From a bacterium (GTDB lineage Bacteria; Hinthialibacterota; Hinthialibacteria; Hinthialibacterales; Hinthialibacteraceae), in assembly GCA_963662285.2 (NCBI GenBank), contig CAXXMV010000002.1, positions 1,184,001 to 1,248,000 of the forward strand: a stretch of 64,000 bases of DNA, read 5' to 3'. The notes under the pieces are model-generated. The model ran no database searches, was not told the origin of the DNA, and was given only the letters and a program-made list of their open reading frames with translations. Position 1 is the stretch's first letter; every line of letters starts with the position of its first letter. Of the stretch, positions 55,152 to 64,000 are shown piece by piece. Both the position numbers and the translations under genes were made by a program.

Positions 55152-56372
55152 ATGTATTCTGGTTATAACAAAAAAATTATATATGTTTTTTCGGCAGTTC
55201 TAATGGTTGCTTTAATGGCGCCATGTGGAGTGATTGCGGATGATTGGCATCAATTTCATGGACCCAATCGTGACCGGATTTCCAACGAAACAGGTTGGCG
55301 CACCAATTGGAGCGATGACGATCCCAAGGTTCTCTGGAAAAAGTCAATCGGCATAGGTTTTTCGTCAATGTCCATTGTCGGAGACCGTGTGTTTACTATG
55401 GGTAACACAAACAATCAGGAGACGGTCTGGTGTTTTGATGTGAAAACCGGGGAAAAAGTGTGGTCTCATACCTACGACTGCGAACTATTTCCAAAGAATC
55501 ACGAAGGTGGTCCTGGTGGAACGCCGACTATCGATAACGAGTCTGTCTACACCGTGAGCAAAGAAGGATATATGTATTGCCTGGATGTTAAGACAGGCAA
55601 AGTTAAATGGGAAAAAGACCTGAAAAAAGAATTTGACGCCAAGATGCCAACCTGGCGTTTCGCCCTCTCTCCATTGCTTGAAGGTGATCGTCTTGTTCTT
55701 GATGTGGGCCTGGCAGTCGTCTTGAATAAAAAGACCGGCGATCTTATTTGGAAATCAGCCAACTACGGTTCCGCCTATTCATCGCCCATCGCTTTTGATT
55801 TTAATGGAAAACGTTGCTTTGCGATTGTACCCGCTTTCGGTCTGGTTGTGCTTGATGCATCTAGTGGTAAAGAAATCGGAAAATTTAAATGGGAAACTCG
55901 TTACGATGTTAATGCAGCTACTCCATTAGTTATGGGGAACAAATTCTTCCTCTCCTCGGGTTACAAAAAGGGTGGGTCAATGGTCGAAATGAGCGCTGAT
56001 GGTGAAATTAAAGAACTATGGCATAACCCCCTGATGCGTAACCACATGAATGCCACGATATTCTGGAAAGACTATTTGTATGGATTTGATGAAGGCAAAC
56101 TTAAATGCATCAATGCCAAAACAGGTGCTGATGTCTGGGAGCAACGTGGTCTTGGAAAAGGATCACTTATGCTGGCTGATGGAAAATTGATCATCCTTAG
56201 TGAAAAAGGTGAACTCGTGGTTGCAGAAGCCAATGGAGCAGCATTTAAACCTCTGTGTCGTAAGCAGGTTCTCTCAGGCCGATGCTGGACCGTTCCCGTT
56301 CTGGCGAATGGTAATATCTATTGCCGCAATGCCGCCGGAGATTTCATATGCCTGGATGTCAGTAAAAAATAG
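55152..56372 (+). CDS. Secreted PQQ-like beta-propeller protein
   Basis: DWHQFHGP, CLDVKTGKVKW, WTVPVLANG. Confidence 0.88.
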   Translation: MYSGYNKKIIYVFSAVLMVALMAPCGVIADDWHQFHGPNRDRISNETGWRTNWSDDDPKVLWKKSIGIGFSSMSIVGDRVFTMGNTNNQETVWCFDVKTGEKVWSHTYDCELFPKNHEGGPGGTPTIDNESVYTVSKEGYMYCLDVKTGKVKWEKDLKKEFDAKMPTWRFALSPLLEGDRLVLDVGLAVVLNKKTGDLIWKSANYGSAYSSPIAFDFNGKRCFAIVPAFGLVVLDASSGKEIGKFKWETRYDVNAATPLVMGNKFFLSSGYKKGGSMVEMSADGEIKELWHNPLMRNHMNATIFWKDYLYGFDEGKLKCINAKTGADVWEQRGLGKGSLMLADGKLIILSEKGELVVAEANGAAFKPLCRKQVLSGRCWTVPVLANGNIYCRNAAGDFICLDVSKK

Positions 56373-56408
56373 ATGGGAAATCGGTTATCAAATAACCTGA
56401 TAGTATAA

Positions 56409-56452
56409 AAAATCCCTTTCAATAGATGCATCTGTTAATTGAAAGGGATTTT
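56409..56452 (+). terminator. Intergenic hairpin
   Basis: aaaatccctttcaat-14nt-attgaaagggatttt. Confidence 0.6.
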
Positions 56453-56551
56453 ACTTTAGACAAAAACCACTCTACTTCTGATCCACGATTCGACTCCCGT
56501 TATTACATGCAATCGGCTAAGCTGTTGCGATAACGACAACTTGTTGGAAAA

Positions 56552-58090
56552 GTGAGGCAAGCATTAACCATGAGATGCAACAACATCAAACTTCTATTAT
56601 TGATATCAATTACATTATCAGGATTAACCGTTCAGGGAGATGATTGGCCTCAGTGGGGGCGTGATGCTACTCGAAATATGATCTCTTCAGAAAAAGCAAT
56701 CTCCCATGATTTCAATGTGGGGAAGTTCAAAGATCAATCCAATGATGTAGATTTATCAACGACGAAAAATGTCAAATGGGTCGCCCCCCTTGGTTCTGAG
56801 GCTTATGGCAACGTAACCGTAGCCCAGGGCAAAGTCTTTGTCGGTACGAATAATGATACGCCTCGCGATCCAAAACATGTTGGAGATCGTGGTGTGCTGC
56901 TTTGTCTTGATGAAAAGACGGGTGAACTGCTCTGGCAATTGGTGGTTCCCAAACTCAAGTCTGATGATGATCTCGATATGGATTATCTTGGTATATGCTC
57001 ATCGCCGACGGTTGATGGCGACAAGGTATATGTTGTGACCAATCGCTGTGAAGTTGTTTGCCTGGATATTAATGGACAAAAGAACGGTAACGATGGACCC
57101 TTCAAAGATGAAGGCGTTTATATGGCAGACCAAGGACAGCCTCCATTAACAATAGGTCAAACAGACGCTGACATTCTTTGGCGTTATGATATGCGCGCTG
57201 AACTGCAAGTTTATCCACATAATATCACCAGTAGTGCTGTCCTGGTTTTTGATGACCGGATTTATGCAACCACATCGAATGGCAAGGATGGAATGCATAA
57301 AACAATTCCTTCTCCTCATGCTCCATGCTTGATTGTATTGGATAAAAATACCGGGAAGTTGCTTGGCGTCGAGTCATCAGGAATCAGCCAACGGATGATG
57401 CACTGTAATTGGTCGTCACCCGCTTTCGCTGTGATTGATGTGACGCCGATGATTGTCTTTGGCGCCGGTGATGGCTTTTGTTATGGTTTTGATCCCATAC
57501 CTGTGAAGAGCGCGAACAACCATTATGTTCTTAAGGAACGTTGGCGCTTCGATTGCGTCCCCGAAGAGTACAAAGCCAAAGATTATAATTCTCCTGATGG
57601 TCCTAGCGAAATAATTTCAACGCCGGTAGTAGCCAACAATTATGTTTACGCAGCCATCGGGCAAGACCCGGAAAAAGGTGATGGAGTTGGCCGGTTGTCA
57701 TGTATTGACCTGTCCAAGACCGGGGATATTTCCAAAACAGGCGTGGTTTGGTCGTATAAAGAAATCACGCGCTCGCTTTCAACTCCCTCGATTACTGATG
57801 GATTGTTATTCATGGCCGATTATGCAGGCTTTGTTCATTGCCTTAATGCAAAAACAGGTGATGTGCATTGGGTGCATGATACGGCAAGTCATATCTGGGG
57901 ATCAACCATTGTAGTGGATGGTAAAGTATATGTCGGCAATGAAGATGGATACCTGACGGTGCTTAAAGCGGATAAAGAGAAATCCGTGATTAATGAAATC
58001 GATATGGGCGCGCCGGTTTATTCGTCTCCAGTAGTAGCGAATGGTGTGTTGTACATATCAACCCAGACGCATCTATACGCTATCCAGTAG
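56552..58090 (+). CDS. Secreted PQQ-like beta-propeller protein
   Basis: DWPQWGRD, CLDEKTGELLW, YSSPVVANG; start probably ATG 56570. Confidence 0.88.
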   Translation: MRQALTMRCNNIKLLLLISITLSGLTVQGDDWPQWGRDATRNMISSEKAISHDFNVGKFKDQSNDVDLSTTKNVKWVAPLGSEAYGNVTVAQGKVFVGTNNDTPRDPKHVGDRGVLLCLDEKTGELLWQLVVPKLKSDDDLDMDYLGICSSPTVDGDKVYVVTNRCEVVCLDINGQKNGNDGPFKDEGVYMADQGQPPLTIGQTDADILWRYDMRAELQVYPHNITSSAVLVFDDRIYATTSNGKDGMHKTIPSPHAPCLIVLDKNTGKLLGVESSGISQRMMHCNWSSPAFAVIDVTPMIVFGAGDGFCYGFDPIPVKSANNHYVLKERWRFDCVPEEYKAKDYNSPDGPSEIISTPVVANNYVYAAIGQDPEKGDGVGRLSCIDLSKTGDISKTGVVWSYKEITRSLSTPSITDGLLFMADYAGFVHCLNAKTGDVHWVHDTASHIWGSTIVVDGKVYVGNEDGYLTVLKADKEKSVINEIDMGAPVYSSPVVANGVLYISTQTHLYAIQ

Positions 58091-58113
58091 GATTATATTA
58101 TGTTTGGATGGGT

Positions 58114-58172
58114 GATGGGTGGCAAGGGCAAGACCGCATTGTGTCCAGCCCTTGATCAAGCCACCTGATATT
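58114..58172 (+). repeat. REP-like palindrome family A, copy 3 (diverged)
   Basis: gatgggtggcaagggcaagaccgcattgtgtccagcccttgatcaagccacctgatatt. Confidence 0.8.
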
Positions 58173-58283
58173 GTCGGGTATTTAACATAGTTTTTAGTAA
58201 AAGCGAATTGTAATGGTAAAGATAAATTTTTTGTCTATAATTTTTCAACTTGGTTTTGTTTGTAAGAAAAAGGAGATTTTTGA

Positions 58284-59636
58284 ATGAAACGATTGCATTT
58301 TTTCGTCATCGCTTTTTTTATGACCTTGCCTTTATGTTCGAGCGAATTTGATGACCAGAAAGATTTAAATTGGCATCAATGGCGTGGACCGAATGCTACT
58401 GGCGTGGCGCCGCATGGAGATCCTCCTATCGAATGGAGTGATTCAAAAAATATAAAATGGAAAGCGCCCATTCCAGGTGATGGAGATTCCACCCCTATCA
58501 TTTGGGGTGATCAGGTTTTTTTATTGACGGCCATCAAGACGGATAAAACTGATCCCCAAGCGAAAGCGGCGGAACCAGCGGCCAGTGATGCGCCGCCTCC
58601 CCGTCGTCGCGGAGGTATGGGCGCTTCAAAGCCAACTAATATATATCAGTTTGTCGTACTCTGTTATGAACGCAATACTGGAAAAATCCAATGGCAAAAA
58701 ACTGCGGTTGAGTGCGTCCCCCATGAAGGACATCATGGTACTGGTACCTTTGCATCAGCCTCTCCAAGCACCGATGGTAAATACCTCTATGCCTTCTTCG
58801 GTTCGCGCGGGATTTATTGTTATGATCTGGCTGGTGAACTGCAATGGTCGCGGGATTTAGGTGATATGCAGATTACCAACAGTTTCGGAGAAGGGGCGTC
58901 TCCAGCCTTGTATAAGGATTCGTTGATCGTCAATTGGGATCACGAGGGACAATCGTTTATCACCAATCTCGACGCCAAGACAGGTGAACCGAAATGGACC
59001 ATGGATCGGGATGAACCGACTTCCTGGTCGACTCCATTGATCGTGGAATATAATGGCAACCCCCAAATCATTATCAATGCCACTAATAAAAGCCGGGGTT
59101 ACGATCTGAATACTGGAAAAGTGCTCTGGGAATCAGGTGGACAGACCAGAAATGTAATTCCCGCATCGCTTGCTTTGGATAAATCAGTTATTTGTATGAG
59201 CGGTTTTCGCGGCAGCGCAATGCAATCCATTTCATTGGATTCCACAGGTGATGTCACCGGTACAGACAAAGTTCTCTGGTCATACAACAAAGATACACCC
59301 TACACGCCTTCAGCGCTGCTCTATGGAACCTCTTTGTATTTTACCAAGACGAATGGTACTACATTAACATGCTTGAACGCGGAAACTGGCCAACCGATTA
59401 TTGAAGGCGTCCGCTTACCTGATATGATGGGAACCATTTACTCTTCACCAGTCGGCGCGGCGAATCGCATATATCTCATGACCCGTGACGGTAAATTTCT
59501 CGTAATCAAACATGGACCTCAACTTGAAATTCTGGCCAACAACAAACTGAACGATGAATTCAGCGCTTCTCCTGCGGTTGCCGGTAAGCAGCTGTTTTTG
59601 CGAGGCAGGGAATTTCTGTATTGTATTGAGGAATAG
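58284..59636 (+). CDS. Secreted PQQ-like beta-propeller protein
   Basis: NWHQWRGP, STPIIWGD, SWSTP, FSASPA. Confidence 0.88.
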   Translation: MKRLHFFVIAFFMTLPLCSSEFDDQKDLNWHQWRGPNATGVAPHGDPPIEWSDSKNIKWKAPIPGDGDSTPIIWGDQVFLLTAIKTDKTDPQAKAAEPAASDAPPPRRRGGMGASKPTNIYQFVVLCYERNTGKIQWQKTAVECVPHEGHHGTGTFASASPSTDGKYLYAFFGSRGIYCYDLAGELQWSRDLGDMQITNSFGEGASPALYKDSLIVNWDHEGQSFITNLDAKTGEPKWTMDRDEPTSWSTPLIVEYNGNPQIIINATNKSRGYDLNTGKVLWESGGQTRNVIPASLALDKSVICMSGFRGSAMQSISLDSTGDVTGTDKVLWSYNKDTPYTPSALLYGTSLYFTKTNGTTLTCLNAETGQPIIEGVRLPDMMGTIYSSPVGAANRIYLMTRDGKFLVIKHGPQLEILANNKLNDEFSASPAVAGKQLFLRGREFLYCIEE

Positions 59637-59939
59637 AGTGGTTTATAGAATATTTGTCTTATTCGCCTTCAAAAAGCCTCTTATAATGGGCATTTTGAAG
59701 GCGATCACTTTATATGTATCGGGCACGGCGAGCAATGTAGAACCGGCGTCATCAATAGATGCGAAATTGATAATGTACTCCTATCTAAAGTGTTTTCGAG
59801 TATGATAAATGTGATATAGAGTACGCTTTTTTCCTTTTGTGATTGTTAGATAAATCGCATTAGGTAATCTCTCAGTTCACCTGTTTCGACAATCTTGCCA
59901 TAGCCTCCGTACGGTTATGGATTTAACGGTAATAAATAG

Positions 59940-61082
59940 ATGAATTACACGCGACAAATGATTCCACTAGGTCTTTTTCTACTTGCATTCTTTCCCTTAA
60001 TCGGTGTTCACGCGGATGCCAACCCGGACGAGTGGCGTATGTTTCGCGGGGGGCAGGGACAGATGGGCGTCTACCAGGGCGCCTTGCCAGAAGAACTTGA
60101 TCTTCTTTGGACATACAAAACCGATGGCCCGATCATTTCATCCGCCGTCATCAGCGACGGAACAGTGTATATCGGTTCAGGCGACGGATCGTTATACGCG
60201 ATATCACTCATGTCGGGCGAAAAAATCTGGGCGTATCCAACTGGGTCTCCTATCGAAGCTCCTCCTATGGTTTTGGATGATTCGATTTATATCGGTTCAT
60301 CGGATGGTTTTCTCTATTCAGTCGATATTGAAGATGGAACATTAAACTGGAAATTCGAGACTTATGATAAAATTATCGGCTCAGCCAACTGGAGTTATGA
60401 AGCAGGAGCGCCGAACAAGACCATTATTCTAGGAAGCTATGATGGCTTTCTATACGCTCTGGATGCTAAAACCGGGCAAGAACGATGGCGCTATGAATCG
60501 GAAAGTTACATTAACGGCTCACCAGCGGTGTATGATGGTATGGCGATTTTCGGTGGCTGTGATGCAATGATCCATTGCGTTTCACTAAAAGATGGCGCCG
60601 CAAAATCTGTGTTTGAGGTCGATGCCTATATCGCGGCGTCTATCGCCTTTGATGGAACAATGGCTTATGTGGGACATTATTCAAATAAGTTTATTTGTGT
60701 TGATATAGAAAAACAGGAATTAGTATGGGAATACGAGGATCGTGAGTTCCCGTTTTTTTCCTCGGCAGCCATAGCGGAAGACCGCATCGTTTTCGGTTCA
60801 CGGGATCGCCGGGTGCATTGCGTCAATCGTACGACGGGAAAGCCGGTTTGGACCTTTCTTACAAAAGGTGAAGTTGATTCTTCTCCGGTGGTTTGTGGGA
60901 ATGATATCGTCATCGGTTCAGAGGATGGACGTTTGTACCGCCTGCGACTTTTGGATGGAACTGTTGTCTGGTCCTATGAAATCGGCGCCTCAATTCTGGC
61001 TTCGCCCGCCCTCTCTCGCGGGATCGTTGTTATCGGAGCGGATGATGGGGTATTATATGCTTTTGGCAAAAAAAATAGTTAA
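59940..61082 (+). CDS. Secreted PQQ-like (BamB/YxaL-type) beta-propeller protein
   Basis: EWRMFRGG; very regular SSP/YIGSxDGxLYA blades. Confidence 0.88.
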   Translation: MNYTRQMIPLGLFLLAFFPLIGVHADANPDEWRMFRGGQGQMGVYQGALPEELDLLWTYKTDGPIISSAVISDGTVYIGSGDGSLYAISLMSGEKIWAYPTGSPIEAPPMVLDDSIYIGSSDGFLYSVDIEDGTLNWKFETYDKIIGSANWSYEAGAPNKTIILGSYDGFLYALDAKTGQERWRYESESYINGSPAVYDGMAIFGGCDAMIHCVSLKDGAAKSVFEVDAYIAASIAFDGTMAYVGHYSNKFICVDIEKQELVWEYEDREFPFFSSAAIAEDRIVFGSRDRRVHCVNRTTGKPVWTFLTKGEVDSSPVVCGNDIVIGSEDGRLYRLRLLDGTVVWSYEIGASILASPALSRGIVVIGADDGVLYAFGKKNS

Positions 61083-61112
61083 AGTACAGTTATTCGAATT
61101 AATGGTTTAGTA

Positions 61113-62399
61113 ATGAAAATACTACAGATTATTCCCGGAACTTCCAATTTTTACTGCGGCGGCTGCATCCGTGATATGGCGTTGTTCAAGGCTTTCAAGA
61201 AACTTGGGCATGACGTCATTCTTCAGCCGTTATACCTGCCTATATTCGCCGATGAGTCGAATGTTGATGAACATAAAGCAATTTTATTCGGAGGGATTAA
61301 CCTCTACCTTCAGCAAAATTCCAGTTTTTTCAAAAACACTCCTCGCTGGATAGATCAGATTTTCGATTCTCAATGGCTCTTGAATCTCTCCGCCAAGCAG
61401 GCCGGGATGACCAAAGCGTCAACCCTGGGCGAGATGATGATCTCCATGCTGCAAGGGGATCAGGGATGTCTGGTTAAAGAATTCGACCGTTTTGCTGTCT
61501 GGTTGAAAGAACAAGAAAAAGCGGATGTGATTATATTACCGAACGGTATGTTGTTGTCTCTGGCCCGTACTATCAAAAAAGAATGGGGCATCCCGGTCAT
61601 TTGCACGCTGCAGGGCGAAGACAGTTTTATCGACGCATTGCCCGAACCGTATCTTTCAGAAGCATGGCGGCTTTTTGAGGAATTGACGGAATACGCCGAT
61701 GCGTTGATTCCAGTCAGCTATTATTATGCGGATGTAATGAAAAAAAGATTAAACTTAAACGATGATAAATGTTTTCCCGTGCAAAATGGCATCTCTCTGG
61801 ACGGTTATGGAGAAATGAATGGGATACCAAACGAGTTGACTTTAGGTTATCTGGCGCACATGCGTCAGGAAAAGGGCTTGGATCTTCTGGTTGACGCGTT
61901 TATACACTTAAAACAGAAACCGGAGTTTTCGCATTTGAAACTGAAAATTGCCGGCACGATCACCAGAGCCGAACATTCCTTTGTCGAACAATTGAAAGAA
62001 CGGCTAAACCAAAAAGGTTTCTTAAATGACGCCGGATTTCATGTCAACTTGTCGCGTGATGAAAAGATTAAAGTTTTGAAATCACTATCCGTCTTTTCGG
62101 TTCCAGCGGTTTATGGAGAATCGTTTGGTTTATACATTGTTGAAGCGATGGCGGCGGGCATACCAGTCGTCCAGCCCCGGCATGGTGGTTTTCAAGAGAT
62201 CATTGAGCGAACCCAAGGCGGTCTGCTATTCGAGCCGAATGATTTCGATTCCTATGTTGCGGCTTTAGCGGATTTATTATCGAATGCGGATAAGGCATAT
62301 AATATGGGAAAACAGGGTCGACAGGGCGTACATGAACATTTTTCCGTCGAACGAATGGCCCAAGATGTTCTAGAAGTTATCAAGCGCGTACAAAATTAA
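61113..62399 (+). CDS. GT4 glycosyltransferase
   Basis: EKGLDLL, ESFGLYIVEAMAAGIPVV, GGFQE; N-terminal FYCGGCIRD. Confidence 0.9.
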   Translation: MKILQIIPGTSNFYCGGCIRDMALFKAFKKLGHDVILQPLYLPIFADESNVDEHKAILFGGINLYLQQNSSFFKNTPRWIDQIFDSQWLLNLSAKQAGMTKASTLGEMMISMLQGDQGCLVKEFDRFAVWLKEQEKADVIILPNGMLLSLARTIKKEWGIPVICTLQGEDSFIDALPEPYLSEAWRLFEELTEYADALIPVSYYYADVMKKRLNLNDDKCFPVQNGISLDGYGEMNGIPNELTLGYLAHMRQEKGLDLLVDAFIHLKQKPEFSHLKLKIAGTITRAEHSFVEQLKERLNQKGFLNDAGFHVNLSRDEKIKVLKSLSVFSVPAVYGESFGLYIVEAMAAGIPVVQPRHGGFQEIIERTQGGLLFEPNDFDSYVAALADLLSNADKAYNMGKQGRQGVHEHFSVERMAQDVLEVIKRVQN

Positions 62400-62470
62400 A
62401 AATCGATCTACGTGAAATCAATTCAATTTCACGTTATATTAAAGAAGAAACCGTAGGTAAAGGTCTTAAA

Positions 62471-63178
62471 ATGAACCAGACATTTCCCCTACTACACATC
62501 GAATCACTCAAAGCCGTTTATAGCAATGGTGAAGGCGGATTTTCTCTCCAGGTCTTGCAGGATGTTCAATTGGATGTTCAGCAGGGAGAAACCGTTGCCA
62601 TTGTCGGCCCTTCCGGCTCCGGTAAAAGTACTTTGCTCAATATGATCGGCGCCTTGGATTCTCCTGCATCCGGGAAAATCTATCTTGATAATCAAGACCT
62701 GTCCCAGTTAAACGAACAGGAACTTGCGCTGGTTCGCAATCAGAAAATAGGATTTATTTTTCAGGATCACCATTTGCTGCCGCAATGTTCGGTGTTAGAA
62801 AACGTCCTGCTTCCAACACTGGTTCGCGCTGCTTCAGCTGGCTCTGAAAGCGTAGATGAAGCCAGGCGGTTGCTCGGTCGAGTTGGTCTTTCTGAACGCC
62901 TGGAGCATAAACCGGCTCAACTATCCGGCGGCGAACGGCAGCGCGTCGCGTATGTCCGGTCGCTTATCAATCAACCGGTATTGCTGTTAGCCGATGAGCC
63001 AACCGGATCACTGGATCATGAAAACGCCAATCAATTGATGAGTTTACTGCTGGAAATCAACCATGATCGTGGATTGACGTCAATAGTCGTTACTCATGCG
63101 CTGGAACTCGTAAAAAACATGGATCGCGTCTTCGAACTGAGAGACGGCCATTTGCGCGAAATCGGGGAAATGCCGTGA
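62471..63178 (+). CDS. ABC transporter ATP-binding protein (LolD/MacB type)
   Basis: GPSGSGKST, IGFIFQ, LSGGERQR, ADEPTGSLD, VTH. Confidence 0.95.
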   Translation: MNQTFPLLHIESLKAVYSNGEGGFSLQVLQDVQLDVQQGETVAIVGPSGSGKSTLLNMIGALDSPASGKIYLDNQDLSQLNEQELALVRNQKIGFIFQDHHLLPQCSVLENVLLPTLVRAASAGSESVDEARRLLGRVGLSERLEHKPAQLSGGERQRVAYVRSLINQPVLLLADEPTGSLDHENANQLMSLLLEINHDRGLTSIVVTHALELVKNMDRVFELRDGHLREIGEMP

Positions 63179-64000
63179 ATCGTTTTCGCTTAATGCTTAA
63201 TGGACTCAAATATTTTTGGCGCTCGCATGTCGGCGTTACGCTTGGGGTGGTTGTATCAACTATCGTCCTGACTGGCGCGTTGATGGTGGGCGATTGCGTG
63301 GATTTCACCCTCCGCTCCATTGCGCTGAAGCGATTGGGAACCATTCAATTTGCGTTATCCCATCCTTCCCGTTTCTTTCGCGGGCAGCTGGCCGACGATT
63401 TAGAGCAATCTCTTGCTGCGCAAGTAGCGCCGGTTTTTCAGGTAAAAGGCGTGCTTCGCAAAGGGGGAGAATCCTTTAGCGCCAATAATGTTTTTGTATA
63501 TGGGGTTGATTCCCGGTTCTGGAACTTTGGGAACAAGGCTTTCGCGGGTTTTGACGATGGCGACGAGAGCGTCATTATCAATCGATATCTCGCTGATCGT
63601 TTTTCTATCCGGGAAGGTGATGACATTGTCCTACGAATAGAAAATCCATCGACGCTTTCCAAAGAAGTTCCGTTATCCACCCTGGATGATTTTTCTATGG
63701 CATTTCGCCTGCCGGTAAAAAAGATTGTTGATAATGATCAAATGGGGCGATTCGATTTCCGGTCAAATCAAGTGGCTCCCTACAACGTGTTCGTTCCCAT
63801 TAAGTTGATTCAGGAAAAAACCGCCAAGACAAATCTATGCAATGGGCTTCTGGTCAGCGCAAAGCATGATCATGATGTTTTGTTGGAACAAATCAATGCC
63901 GCATTGCAAAATTCATGGAATCTGCAAGACGCCCAAATTGAGATCAAAAACTTAAATTCCAATGGATGGCATGAAATCCGCACGGATCGGGTATTTCTGG
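63175..64000 (+). CDS. FtsX/MacB-like ABC permease (5' part; runs off window)
   Basis: Not in ORF track. GTG overlaps the ATPase stop (GTGA); MNRFRLMLNGLKYFWRSHVGVTLGVVVSTIVLTGALMVGDCVDFTLRSIALKRLG; frame open to the edge. Confidence 0.85.
   Translation, partial: MNRFRLMLNGLKYFWRSHVGVTLGVVVSTIVLTGALMVGDCVDFTLRSIALKRLGTIQFALSHPSRFFRGQLADDLEQSLAAQVAPVFQVKGVLRKGGESFSANNVFVYGVDSRFWNFGNKAFAGFDDGDESVIINRYLADRFSIREGDDIVLRIENPSTLSKEVPLSTLDDFSMAFRLPVKKIVDNDQMGRFDFRSNQVAPYNVFVPIKLIQEKTAKTNLCNGLLVSAKHDHDVLLEQINAALQNSWNLQDAQIEIKNLNSNGWHEIRTDRVFL

Overview
Bacterial chromosomal window. Its gene style (Tat-exported Gfo/Idh/MocA enzymes, tandem PQQ-like propellers, Pro/Thr-linked secreted multidomain proteins, LPS heptosyltransferase) suggests a Gram-negative PVC-like or candidate-phylum heterotroph. 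A Hinthialibacterota/Sumerlaeota-like assignment is only a guess; the 16S here can test it. In order: a glycan-degradation trio (SGNH esterase, GH106, GH109-like); a ~2630-aa secreted NHL/S8/papain dual protease; a second S8 protease; ceramidase-like and oxidoreductase genes; an IS481 nested in a short TIR/TSD-bounded element; a decayed REP-associated tyrosine transposase between inverted REPs; a waaC-ftsX-envC-ctpA-tsaD block; two orphan antitoxins with direct repeats; CocE hydrolase, B12 radical SAM, HU and two WD40 paralogs; a complete rrn operon (16S-Ile-Ala-23S-5S); a flavodoxin/ArsR/YeeE module; and five PQQ-like propellers followed by GT4 and an ABC exporter. The most notable items are (1) the giant protein, in which a serine protease and a cysteine protease each appear inserted into the same loop of a duplicated Ig-like domain, (2) a shared C-terminal [ST][SA]VxxWxxx motif on unrelated secreted proteins, and (3) a family of C-rich/G-rich hairpin repeats that appears to be an insertion target for mobile DNA. 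All family calls come from motif recognition by eye, not database searches.
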